A DNA stretch of 64,000 nt, taken from assembly GCA_001789205.1 (NCBI GenBank), contig MFYT01000006.1, positions 10,770 through 74,769 of the forward strand, in the 5' to 3' direction. Position numbers and translations under genes: made by a program. The notes beneath the pieces were generated by a model, which ran no database searches, was not told the origin of the DNA, and saw nothing but the letters and a program-made list of their open reading frames with translations. The stretch's first letter is position 1; each line of letters begins with the position of its first letter. Positions 38,201 to 45,422 of this stretch are shown one piece after another. Source of the stretch: Candidatus Raymondbacteria bacterium RIFOXYA2_FULL_49_16. Lineage in GTDB: Bacteria > Fibrobacterota > OXYB2-FULL-49-7 > XYB2-FULL-49-35.

Positions 38201-39504
38201 AACGAGCCAGTACCCGCGGAACACGCCTCGTTCATTGCATAGTCGACCGGCACATTGTTTTTCAGATATACGTATTTGGCGTCCTGGCCGCCGATTTCAA
38301 AAATGGTATCAATTGATTTGTCAAAATAGGTGGTTCCCACTGTGTGTGCGATGATTTCGTTGTACACGCCCTGGGTTTGCATGAAGACGCCCAGGATCTC
38401 GCGGGACGAACCGGTGGTTGCCGCAAGCGTGATATGGATGGGACTGTCGCCGATTTTTGCGAACACCTGCGCTTTGACCTCTTCAATGCATTTTTTTAGC
38501 GCCTTGACTGGATCGCCATGGGTGCGGCCATAGTGTGAGGCCACAATGAGCTCACGTTCCTTGTCGATGAGCGCGACCTTGGTGGTGGTGGAGCCGCCGT
38601 CGATACCTAAAATGTATTCGCGACCCGCCTCGACCTCGCCGTGACGCGGGGCCATATAGGTAACCTTGTCGTGGAAGGGGGTGAGTGACGGCATGCGCTC
38701 GAACGATACTTTTTCGTGGACAAAGACTTCGTCAAACGGGGGCAGGGGCGTGCCGTCGCGGCCCGCGATGATTGCCGCGCCATAGGCCTCAAAGTAAGGC
38801 GCGCTTTCGGGAATAATGAATTCGACCCGGGGCATGCCTTCGCGCAAAAATTTTATCAGGTGGCTGTTTTGGGTAAGGCCGCCGGTGAGCAGTACAAAGC
38901 CGCTCTGGATTTTGGCTTTTTTCAGGAATTCCATGACCTTGACAGCCATGACATTGGAGAGCGAGAGCACAATGTCGCCCTTGGCCGCCTCGCCTTTGTT
39001 GAGCTTGTGGGTGCAGTCGCTTTTCATAAAGACCGAGCAGCGCGAAGATAGTTTGTGCACCTGTGCTCCCTCGGCAAGGCGTATGCCTTCGGGGATATCG
39101 AGGTCCATGCGTTTGAGCTGCTGTTTGAAAAACTCGCCCGTGCCCGAGGCGCACTTGTTTCCGGAAAAGGAGTTGATGACGCGGCCGTCAGCATCGATGA
39201 CATAGACCACGAGGTCTTCACCGCCCAGGGCGACTACGGCGCGGCAGGCAAGATTGTCGCGCACAAGCACTTCCTGGATGGCCATTGCCTCAATGACGCC
39301 GTGGGCTGCGACCTGCTTGCGTCCCTCGTTGCCTGTGACCACGGTGGTTATATCTGGCTGTACGCCCAAATCCTTGAGCATGGTCACCAGGGTGGTACGT
39401 ACGTCGCCGTCGTGCGCCCTGACGCTATTGGCAACCATGGCCTGGTCTTCGAGGACCACGATTTTAACACTCGACGCGCCGATATTAATGCCGCATGTTT
39501 TCAT
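35236..39504 (-). CDS. fusion of two BadF/BadG/BcrA/BcrD-type ATPase (HgdC-like activase) domains with a 2-hydroxyacyl-CoA-dehydratase-like (HgdB/DUF2229-like) domain, 1422 aa
   Basis: Two acetate/sugar-kinase-fold activase modules (GINIGASSVKIVVLED..., GIDGGSTTTKVALID...) each followed by Cys clusters, then a large dehydratase-component-like C-terminal part. Confidence 0.75.
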   Translation of the reverse strand: MKTCGINIGASSVKIVVLEDQAMVANSVRAHDGDVRTTLVTMLKDLGVQPDITTVVTGNEGRKQVAAHGVIEAMAIQEVLVRDNLACRAVVALGGEDLVVYVIDADGRVINSFSGNKCASGTGEFFKQQLKRMDLDIPEGIRLAEGAQVHKLSSRCSVFMKSDCTHKLNKGEAAKGDIVLSLSNVMAVKVMEFLKKAKIQSGFVLLTGGLTQNSHLIKFLREGMPRVEFIIPESAPYFEAYGAAIIAGRDGTPLPPFDEVFVHEKVSFERMPSLTPFHDKVTYMAPRHGEVEAGREYILGIDGGSTTTKVALIDKERELIVASHYGRTHGDPVKALKKCIEEVKAQVFAKIGDSPIHITLAATTGSSREILGVFMQTQGVYNEIIAHTVGTTYFDKSIDTIFEIGGQDAKYVYLKNNVPVDYAMNEACSAGTGSFLEESAHGDLNIHQAAEIGPIAEKAEAPLRFGEHCSAFINSDIRKAIQEGASRENIVAGLVYSIVHNYLNRVVGNRSIGNRVVLQGGVAKNSGIPLAFAALVNKPIVVPPDPELMGCFGVGILAKQKHADGLLDAGDFSFNAILAAEIVYEGEFVCKSCDNYCPIRKLRVADSRYFFGGRCNKYANSRKKVQVDEAKVEDLIAVRHTMLFSEFAPDLSKVVPKKDLVVGIPQAFSVYNLWPLYATFFAELGVKTILSETPDKDGLDKMNAPFCYPGEIAHAMTEELYKKNVDYYFLPHFKFMETMQDDAHACLCPIVQGFPYYIRTAFQIPDEKILRPVIDFAHGFDKGGKPFIETAQKLGFSAKEGRHAFRKGVVAYLKYLKKANEIGKSAMERYEAEGRRAIVVFGRPYNAFTHYTNMGIPRKFTSRGFTVIPFDFVPLENADIYENMYWYYGQQNMRAAENIAKYKSLYQCYLSNFSCAPDSFILHYMRWINGTKPFLVLELDSHTADAGVDTRIEAFLDIIDGYARSAMFKPGTVFDRRYDIKIADKNIKIEDLQTGKKIDLLDKRVVLLLPSMGSESTEAIATIANRCGVNAVPLPVPDRTSLQLARNVASGKECVPALLVLGAFIRYFNEFTIDPEKIYVLFMPITTGPCRTGQYAVFFDRILREKGFPNIALLKLNSDNSYSELGRGFTLMAWHAVCAGDAMKDLKSGMRVCLKNPEDGFAIADEYWKKMIEVFASGNLSRDLPKVIHEMSLKLRTLPLARDLTTVKKVLVVGEIYVRRDDFSVQSLIDTLTEWGIMARISGLSEWIHYLDFMREYELKLAYRKKPLWNKIVTRYLLKRALLRVEFWWKHKVQHKIEHAFQASGIFPAAPSNMMKIMARADEFTSTDFATEATLSPSVAAEAMEQGYSGIVIIAPFACLPGRLIESIYGPWAHERKYPVISLENDGNLYPPNIMSKINIFSFNVQSFNKQDTADKKPAEKN

Positions 39505-39680
39505 AATATATCACCGGGAGCGGGTATCAGTAAAAGGATGTAAAAAATAATAAATACACGGGTATAGGACAATGCAAATCACCCTTATGGGTAAATGGCA
39601 GGAGGCGGCGAAGTGTCCGCAAGTGACGGTTTCAGGCTCACACAAAGCCCCATTTAAAAACAGTCTCTGAAAACCCCTTT

Positions 39681-39712
39681 GTATTTCGTCCTTTTTTTTG
39701 GCTCCACCATTT
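39681..39712. repeat. 31-bp imperfect direct repeat, copy A (gtatttcgtccttttttttggctccaccatt)
   Basis: Matches copy B at 40749-40779 (gtatttcgtcctttttttacttcaccatt), about 27/31 identical. The pair brackets the DUF4143 gene remnant. Confidence 0.6.
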
Positions 39713-39765
39713 TTTTTGGACCCGCCTCGCCGAGCGCGAGGCGGGCGAGTAAAAGAAATGGTGGA
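39705..39765. repeat. nested palindrome (outer ccaccattt/aaatggtgg, inner 10-bp GC stem cccgcctcgc/gcgaggcggg)
   Basis: The perfect inner stem with a 5-nt loop lies inside an outer 9-bp stem. It is flanked by T8 runs on the 5' side, so it is not a canonical terminator for either strand. Confidence 0.55.
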
Positions 39766-39815
39766 AATCCCGGTATTGGCAGCTTCCCGGTGATCAGCTT
39801 TTAATCTTACAATAG

Positions 39816-40722
39816 CATTACTCAGTGAAGGCTGCCTGGGATGAAAAGGCCAGAAAAGAAATCCCTGTGGTAATCTTGGCGCTGGGGTCTTCCTCTTTTT
39901 TTATCCAGAAAGGCCTGTCAGAGAGCCTCTCCGGCCGTTTTCTGCTGTATCGCTTTCCTCATTGGAGCTTTCCGGAAATGAAGGCCCTGTACGGGTGGGA
40001 TGTGGATAAATGGATCTTTTATGGCGGGTATCCCGGCACCGGAACACTCGTCGATACACCCGGCACCTGGCAAAACTATGTCACGGATTCCCTCATTGAA
40101 ACCGTGCTCGCAAAGGATGTGCTGCAAATGCAGAGCGTGGCAAAGCCCGCGTTACTGAGGCACCTCTTTGCGCTATCCGCGGCGCATCCGGCGCAGATAT
40201 TTTCCTATAATAAAATGTTTGGCCAGCTTCAGGATGCGGGCAACACTACCACCCTGTCCCATTATCTCAAGCTCTTGGAATCAGCTTATCTCATCATGCG
40301 GACTGGAAATGTTCCGGCAGGGTCAGAGGGTCAAAAGAGGCAGCAGCCCCAAGATTATCTTATGGAACAATGCCCTTGTCACGGCGCTCCATTTAAAATC
40401 TTTTGCGGAAACACGGAAAGATCACGAATGGTGGGGGTGTCTTGTGGAAAACGCGGTCGGTGGTCACCTGCTCAATCACCTCCATGAGACAGCAGGTGAG
40501 TTGTATTACTGGCGGCAGAGAGACTTTGAAGTGGATTTTGTGCTGAAAACCGCTGAAAAAACAGTGGCCATTGAAGTCAAATCTTCCCGGCCAAGGGTGT
40601 CAAAAGGTCTTGAGGCGTTTTTAAAGAGGTATCCAAAGGCCGTGCCGGTCATTATCGGACCGGGTGGCATAGCTCTTGAAGAGTTTTTCACCATGTCTTT
40701 AGACAAACTGCCAGGATTGTAA
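39816..40722 (+). pseudogene. DUF4143-family AAA ATPase remnant (5'-truncated, +1 frameshift near 40302-40312)
   Basis: The frame opens after a stop at 39813-39815, already inside the ATPase domain (VVILALGSSSFF..SESLSGRF...; Walker A missing). YLKLLESAYLIMR (frame 0) continues as ...FRQGQRVKRGSSPKIILWNNAL (frame +1). Confidence 0.6.
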
Positions 40723-40748
40723 CGGTTGTTGTTTATAATTATTGTCGC

Positions 40749-40779
40749 GTATTTCGTCCTTTTTTTACTTCACCATTAC
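40749..40779. repeat. 31-bp imperfect direct repeat, copy B
   Basis: See copy A at 39681-39712. Copy B directly precedes the mini-sigma promoter block. Confidence 0.6.
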
Positions 40780-40786
40780 ATTCGTG

Positions 40787-40816
40787 TGACACTTAGAAAT
40801 TTGGTTTTCGTTATAT
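40787..40816 (+). promoter_or_regulatory. putative promoter of the mini-sigma gene, paralogous to the rpoD upstream block
   Basis: CGTGTGACACTTAGAAATTTGGTTTTCGTTATATTTATAAC aligns with the rpoD upstream CCGTGACACATAGAAAAGCCACTTTCGTTATATTTTTATAG, including an identical TTCGTTATATTT. Confidence 0.35.
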
Positions 40817-40850
40817 TTATAACACACAAGACAATGTATCGGAGGACAGA

Positions 40851-41105
40851 ATGTATTACAAAAAACCTGCTGTGAAGAATGAAGAAAAACATGTCAATAT
40901 TGAAGAAATGATCGGTACACTCACCAGTCCGGAAAAACTGGTCATCAGTTCCTATTTCGGGCTCAACGAAAAAGAAGCGTTGACCCTTGAGCAAGTCGAG
41001 AAAAAGCTGAATATTTCAGAGGAACGGGTCAGGCAGCTCAAAAACAATGCTTTGGATAAAATGAAACATGCCTTCCAAACAGTACAAATAGCGTATTGCA
41101 CATAG
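40851..41105 (+). CDS. sigma-70 region-4-only protein ('mini-sigma'), an internal-deletion paralog of the primary sigma factor
   Basis: GGAGG-N5-ATG TAT TAC AAA AAA (MYYKK), as in rpoD. Residues 20-84 align with the rpoD C-terminus at ~55-60% identity (YFG(I/L)...L(E/T)LEQ(I/V)..KLNIS.ERVRQ.K..AL.KMK..F.TVQ.A.C.*). Confidence 0.7.
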   Translation: MYYKKPAVKNEEKHVNIEEMIGTLTSPEKLVISSYFGLNEKEALTLEQVEKKLNISEERVRQLKNNALDKMKHAFQTVQIAYCT

Positions 41106-41151
41106 CACTATGTGTTAATATAAATCCCCCTTCTCTTTTGTGGTTGGTAAC

Positions 41152-41184
41152 GGGGCGCCCCCCCTTGGCGCCCCTTACTTTTTG
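41152..41184 (+). terminator. rho-independent terminator after the mini-sigma gene
   Basis: GGGGCGCC-CCCCCTT-GGCGCCCC followed by TTACTTTTTG. Confidence 0.6.
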
Positions 41185-41277
41185 TGTTCTTGACCTTCCC
41201 TCCTGCGGAATGACATTTTAGAAACAGACAAATGAAATTTTCTGTGGCAAACAAGAGCATCAAAAAAGGAGACAACA

Positions 41278-41421
41278 ATGGGTAAATTTTTGATCGTGGT
41301 TTCGCTCTTTATGTTCGGCTGTGCTTCTCAAAAAGCGACCAAAAGCAATGCTGATCTGTCAGAGGAAAAGGCCAAGGCGGGTTTTGAAGAGATGCAGAAG
41401 GAATTGGACAAAAATAAGTGA
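41278..41421 (+). CDS. small lipoprotein (47 aa), below the 60-aa ORF-track cutoff
   Basis: AGGAG 7 nt upstream. MGKFLIVVSLFMFGCASQKATKSNADLSEEKAKAGFEEMQKELDKNK has an LFMFGC lipobox and a charged helical tail. Confidence 0.45.
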   Translation: MGKFLIVVSLFMFGCASQKATKSNADLSEEKAKAGFEEMQKELDKNK

Positions 41422-41443
41422 TACGAGGTATCTGGCGCCTTTT

Positions 41444-41953
41444 TCAGGCAAGCGCCCGCTGATATTCTGCTAGATCCCGTTCTGAGAAGCAGCAAAAGAT
41501 CACCTGCATGGGATTGACAAGGGTTTCAAGCGTGGTGCGTACCGTGGCAACAGCCACCTGGGCCGCCTTCTCAATTGGATAGCCATAGACACCGGTGCTT
41601 ATCGCCGGAAACGCGATCTCCCTGATTCCATGCTGTTGTGCAATCTCTAAAGATTTTCTGTAACAACTTCCCAGCAGCCCTTTCTCGCCCCGTGCGCCTC
41701 CATGCCACACAGGACCCACGGTATGGATCACGAAACGGACAGGCAGTTTGTAGCCCTTGGTGATTTTTGCGTCTCCGGTCGCGCATCCGCCCAGCGTACG
41801 GCACTCTGCCAGCAGTTCCGGGCCTGCCATCCGGTGAATGGCGCCGTCAACACCGCCGCCTCCCAGAAGCGTGGTGTTTGCGGCATTGACAATGGCATCG
41901 ATTCTTAGGGTCGTTATATCAGCGCGCATGGCTTTCATGGAAGGTTTTACCAT
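41444..41953 (-). CDS. macro-domain protein (O-acetyl-ADP-ribose deacetylase, YmdB-like)
   Basis: [21 protein letters not shown] and [13 protein letters not shown] motifs. Confidence 0.85.
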   Translation of the reverse strand: MVKPSMKAMRADITTLRIDAIVNAANTTLLGGGGVDGAIHRMAGPELLAECRTLGGCATGDAKITKGYKLPVRFVIHTVGPVWHGGARGEKGLLGSCYRKSLEIAQQHGIREIAFPAISTGVYGYPIEKAAQVAVATVRTTLETLVNPMQVIFCCFSERDLAEYQRALA

Positions 41954-42122
41954 AGTGTTTCTCCTATGGAATATTTCTTGGATAATATAAATAATTGTTT
42001 ACCAATTAAACCCTAAATACAGCGCGCCGATCCCCGAGGAGGCCCCTTGTTTCAGGTATTAGGCCGTATCGAGGGGCGGCGCACCACTACTTCCTGACGC
42101 GACCTGCATTTAATTATCTTTC

Positions 42123-42608
42123 ATGCGTATGCGTAACCTACTTATTGTCCTTTGCTGTGTGGCGTTTTCAGGGTGCATCAGGTACAGTTTTACCGGATCA
42201 ACCCTGCCGTCGCACATCAAGACCGTGTCCATCCCGCTTGTCGAAAACACCACGGCCGAAATCGGGATAGAGGAGAAGCTCCGCGACCAAGTGTACAACG
42301 CTTATACGGGGTTGAACGTGCTTTCCGTGGTGCAGGACAACGGCGACGCTGACCTGCGCATACGCGTCATCGTGTACGCCAATGTACCAGACGAATACGA
42401 CGCTTCGGGAAACGTGAAGACCTACAAGGTCACCATCACTGCCCAGGTGGCTTTTGTCGATACAAAAGAGAACAAGGCAATTTTTGAAGATACAATTACC
42501 GGCTCAGGCATCTACGACCACCGGACCGAAAACGTGGACACTGGCATTGGGATCGCCCTGGGCATGCTCAAGGAATCAATCATCAATAACACGGTATCAG
42601 GATGGTGA
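42123..42608 (+). CDS. LptE-like LPS-assembly lipoprotein
   Basis: Lipobox VAFSGC followed by IRYSFTGSTLP...KTVSIPLVEN..., about 160 aa with LptE-like topology. The assignment is tentative. Confidence 0.4.
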   Translation: MRMRNLLIVLCCVAFSGCIRYSFTGSTLPSHIKTVSIPLVENTTAEIGIEEKLRDQVYNAYTGLNVLSVVQDNGDADLRIRVIVYANVPDEYDASGNVKTYKVTITAQVAFVDTKENKAIFEDTITGSGIYDHRTENVDTGIGIALGMLKESIINNTVSGW

Positions 42609-42611
42609 CGT

Positions 42612-43442
42612 ATGAAGTTTGTTAAGATGCACGGCGCTGGCAACGACTATATCTATGTTGATTGCTTTGCCCAGACCGTGAAAGACCCTGCGGCGCTGGC
42701 CATAAAAGTTTCCGACCGTCATTTCGGCATTGGCGGCGACGGACTTATCCTTATCGCCCCTTCGTCAGTGGCTGATGCGCGCATGATCATGTACAATGCC
42801 GACGGCAGCGAGGCCGAGATGTGCGGCAATGGTGTGCGATGCGTGGCCAAATACGTATACGACAACATTGTGCCAAAGGAAATGCTTCGGATCGAGACAA
42901 AAACAGGGGTCAAGGACATTGTCATGCAGGCGCGTGATAAAAAGGCCTTTGCCGCGCGCGTGAACATGGGCAAGCCTGTATTGGCCGCGCAGGAAATCCC
43001 CGCCATTCACCCGAAGCAGATGGTGATTGAACAGCCCCTGTCTGTTGGCGGTATGGCCCTTACCATGACCCTGGTGAGCATGGGCAATCCGCACTGCGTC
43101 ATCTATGTTGACACAGTTGACTCGTTCGAGGTATGCAACATTGGCTCGCAGATCGAGAACCATCCCATGTTTCCCCGGCGCACCAATGTTGAATTCGTTG
43201 AGATTTTATCGCGCACTGAGGTGCGGCAGCGTACTTGGGAGCGCGGCTCGGGTGAGACCCTTGCCTGCGGCACAGGCGCGTGCGCGGTCTGCGTTGCGGG
43301 CGTGCTCACGGGAAAGACTGATACGGTCATTATTAACCGTTTGCGCGGGGGTACCTTAACGCTCGAGTGGATGAACAAGGACGAACCAGTGTTCATGACC
43401 GGGCCGTGCGTGGAGGTTTTCAGAGGAGAGATAGGTGAGTAA
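42612..43442 (+). CDS. dapF: diaminopimelate epimerase
   Basis: MHGAGNDYIYVD, GNGVRC and ACGTGACAV catalytic-cysteine motifs. 276 aa. Confidence 0.9.
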   Translation: MKFVKMHGAGNDYIYVDCFAQTVKDPAALAIKVSDRHFGIGGDGLILIAPSSVADARMIMYNADGSEAEMCGNGVRCVAKYVYDNIVPKEMLRIETKTGVKDIVMQARDKKAFAARVNMGKPVLAAQEIPAIHPKQMVIEQPLSVGGMALTMTLVSMGNPHCVIYVDTVDSFEVCNIGSQIENHPMFPRRTNVEFVEILSRTEVRQRTWERGSGETLACGTGACAVCVAGVLTGKTDTVIINRLRGGTLTLEWMNKDEPVFMTGPCVEVFRGEIGE

Positions 43443-43443
43443 G

Positions 43444-43522
43444 GAGGCACGAGGCACGAGGTACGAGGTACAAGACCGGATACCAGACCTTCATTCATCT
43501 CGCTCCTCGCTCCTTGTACCTC
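43444..43522. repeat. tandem heptamer (cacgagg x4) with inverted partner, forming a long hairpin after dapF
   Basis: ggaggcacgaggcacgaggtacgaggtacaag ... ctcgctcctcgctccttgtacctc. The two arms are reverse complements separated by about 22 nt. Confidence 0.5.
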
Positions 43523-43635
43523 AATCCTGCCATGTGCGATATTTTGTAACCGGCATTCTCTTCCCCGCGCTTTTTTTCTTGCACTGTTCCTTTGATCCTT
43601 TTCGTACGACCTTTGATGACACTGAAGACGCGGTC

Positions 43636-44628
43636 ATGTATGAAGCTGCAGAAAAAACCTCGGCGCTCGCGTCCATAGACACCCTCACTATCATGGCGTG
43701 GAATATCAAATTCGCGGGCGGCCGCATCGACTTTTTCTTTGACTGCTACGGCGATCGAACTCTCATGACCAAGGATGAGGTAACGGATAATCTCGACGGG
43801 CTGGTGCGCAAGATCAATCAGGTAAATCCGGACATCCTGCTGCTCGAAGAGGCTGATATCGAATCAAAGCGCTGCGCCTATGTAGACAATATCCAGTATA
43901 TCCTCGACCACACCAAGCTCAACTACGGCGCGTATGCGTCGCAATGGAAAGCTGATTATGTGCCCAGCGACGGCATTGGCCGCATCAATTCGGGTAACGT
44001 GATATTGTCAAAATGGAAACTCTCGGACGCGGAACGCATTGCCCTGCCGCTGCAGAGCGAGCAGGACGCGCTCACACGGTATTTTTACCTGCGCCGCAAC
44101 ATCCTGACCGCGCGGGCCGCGGTGCCTGGCCAGGCGAATTTCCGGGTCATCTGTATTCACGCCGACGCATATTCCCAGGATGGTACCAAGAAAAAGCACA
44201 TTGACCGGTTCAAGGCGGAAATTGATCGTTTTGACGCAGCAGGCGCGCTGGTTGTTGCCGGCGGCGATCTTAATTCCTTGCCTCCAGGATCCACCATGCT
44301 GAAGGATTTTCCTGATTCAAAGTGCGTAAGCGAGGATTTTCAGGCTGATGATTTCAGCGAAGAGACAGAGTGGCTTGTGCCGCTGTACACCGCCTATGCC
44401 GAGGCCATTCCTCTTGCAGTGTATCAGGCAGACCAGGCGTCTTATTTTTCTCATACAACAGACAAAGATGGTTTTTGGAACAGGCGGCTCGACTATATTT
44501 TCACCAACAATGATTCCGGGTTTGTTACTGGTGCTGGCATGGTGCATCAGGACATTGGCCATGGAGGCATGGAAACCATGCCCCTTTCTGACCACGCACC
44601 GATAACGGTGAGGATAGTGTTGCCATGA
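43636..44628 (+). CDS. endonuclease/exonuclease/phosphatase (EEP) family protein
   Basis: IMAWNIKFAGG, ILLLEEAD, GNVILSKW, HADAY, GGDLNS and SDHAP motifs. The start is taken conservatively at MYEAAEK; an upstream GTG at 43537 would add a hydrophobic signal-like N-terminus. Confidence 0.65.
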   Translation: MYEAAEKTSALASIDTLTIMAWNIKFAGGRIDFFFDCYGDRTLMTKDEVTDNLDGLVRKINQVNPDILLLEEADIESKRCAYVDNIQYILDHTKLNYGAYASQWKADYVPSDGIGRINSGNVILSKWKLSDAERIALPLQSEQDALTRYFYLRRNILTARAAVPGQANFRVICIHADAYSQDGTKKKHIDRFKAEIDRFDAAGALVVAGGDLNSLPPGSTMLKDFPDSKCVSEDFQADDFSEETEWLVPLYTAYAEAIPLAVYQADQASYFSHTTDKDGFWNRRLDYIFTNNDSGFVTGAGMVHQDIGHGGMETMPLSDHAPITVRIVLP

Positions 44629-45398
44629 GGTCTCTCCGGATATTTCTTTTTCTTCCATTACTTGTCTTTTCTAAGACCGCGCCATGGTCAGCAGGTACTG
44701 CCGCGACCATTCCCGCGCACCGGGTTGAAGTGGGTCTGTTCCAGCCTCTGTGTTACGGTCTTACTGAATCAGTAGAGCTTTCAACGTTTCCTTTGGTCAA
44801 TGTGCTCATGCCCAACCTGGGCCTCAAAAAAGCGTGGCCCGATAAAGGCAGGCTTTTGCTGGCGTCCGAGCATTCTATCACCTGTCCAACACCTCTGTTG
44901 CGCACATTGGCGCGCGATGGTGCTGGCGGCCTGCTGCCGTCGGACGCGGTTGTTCCTGTTATCCTCACGGTCAAGAACCAGGCCCTGGTCACCAAGGAAT
45001 GGAACAATGGTTTTTCCCTGACAGGCAAGGCGGGCATTGTGCTTGCGGCGCGGTTTGGTGACATGAACATGCCCACTATCGATTATGCGAATATTTTTCC
45101 CCGTACTGCGGTGTATCATTCAGGATATATAGTCAACGCTGGCGTGGATTTCAACGGGGTTATCCGCGGGCCGTTCGCGTTTTTACTCGACGCTGACCTT
45201 TTTCTCACAGGCCTCGATGATGGCGCGTATGCGATTGAACACAAGGGGCTTTTCATCTGGAACAAAAGCCACAGGTTCAGGACGTGTGCGGGGTACAAGG
45301 TCATCTTTGGAGAATATCCCTTTGGCACGCAGCTTGATGTAATGCCGTTTTACCCATTACCGGTACCGGTGTTTGATCTGCAATGGGGATTTCGATAA
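44625..45398 (+). CDS. hypothetical secreted protein (beta-rich)
   Basis: Signal peptide MRSLRIFLFLPLLVFSKTA, ATGA-coupled to the EEP gene. Confidence 0.45.
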   Translation: MRSLRIFLFLPLLVFSKTAPWSAGTAATIPAHRVEVGLFQPLCYGLTESVELSTFPLVNVLMPNLGLKKAWPDKGRLLLASEHSITCPTPLLRTLARDGAGGLLPSDAVVPVILTVKNQALVTKEWNNGFSLTGKAGIVLAARFGDMNMPTIDYANIFPRTAVYHSGYIVNAGVDFNGVIRGPFAFLLDADLFLTGLDDGAYAIEHKGLFIWNKSHRFRTCAGYKVIFGEYPFGTQLDVMPFYPLPVPVFDLQWGFR

Positions 45399-45422
45399 GA
45401 GTATATTTGCCTTTTTTAATCC

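Noticed and set aside
39571-39672. 33-codon ORF (MQITLMGKWQEAAKCPQVTVSGSHKAPFKNSL) in the activase upstream region
   Set aside because: No RBS, no coding bias, and it lies in the probable promoter region of the 4.3-kb gene. Likely chance.
42021-42085. GC-rich pocket in the AT-rich intergenic region between the macro-domain gene and the LptE-like gene, considered as a riboswitch or sRNA
   Set aside because: No convincing extended helix. The partial complementarity (gcgcgccg/cggcgcac) is short, and I recognise no known RNA family consensus. It is more likely just promoter or operator sequence.
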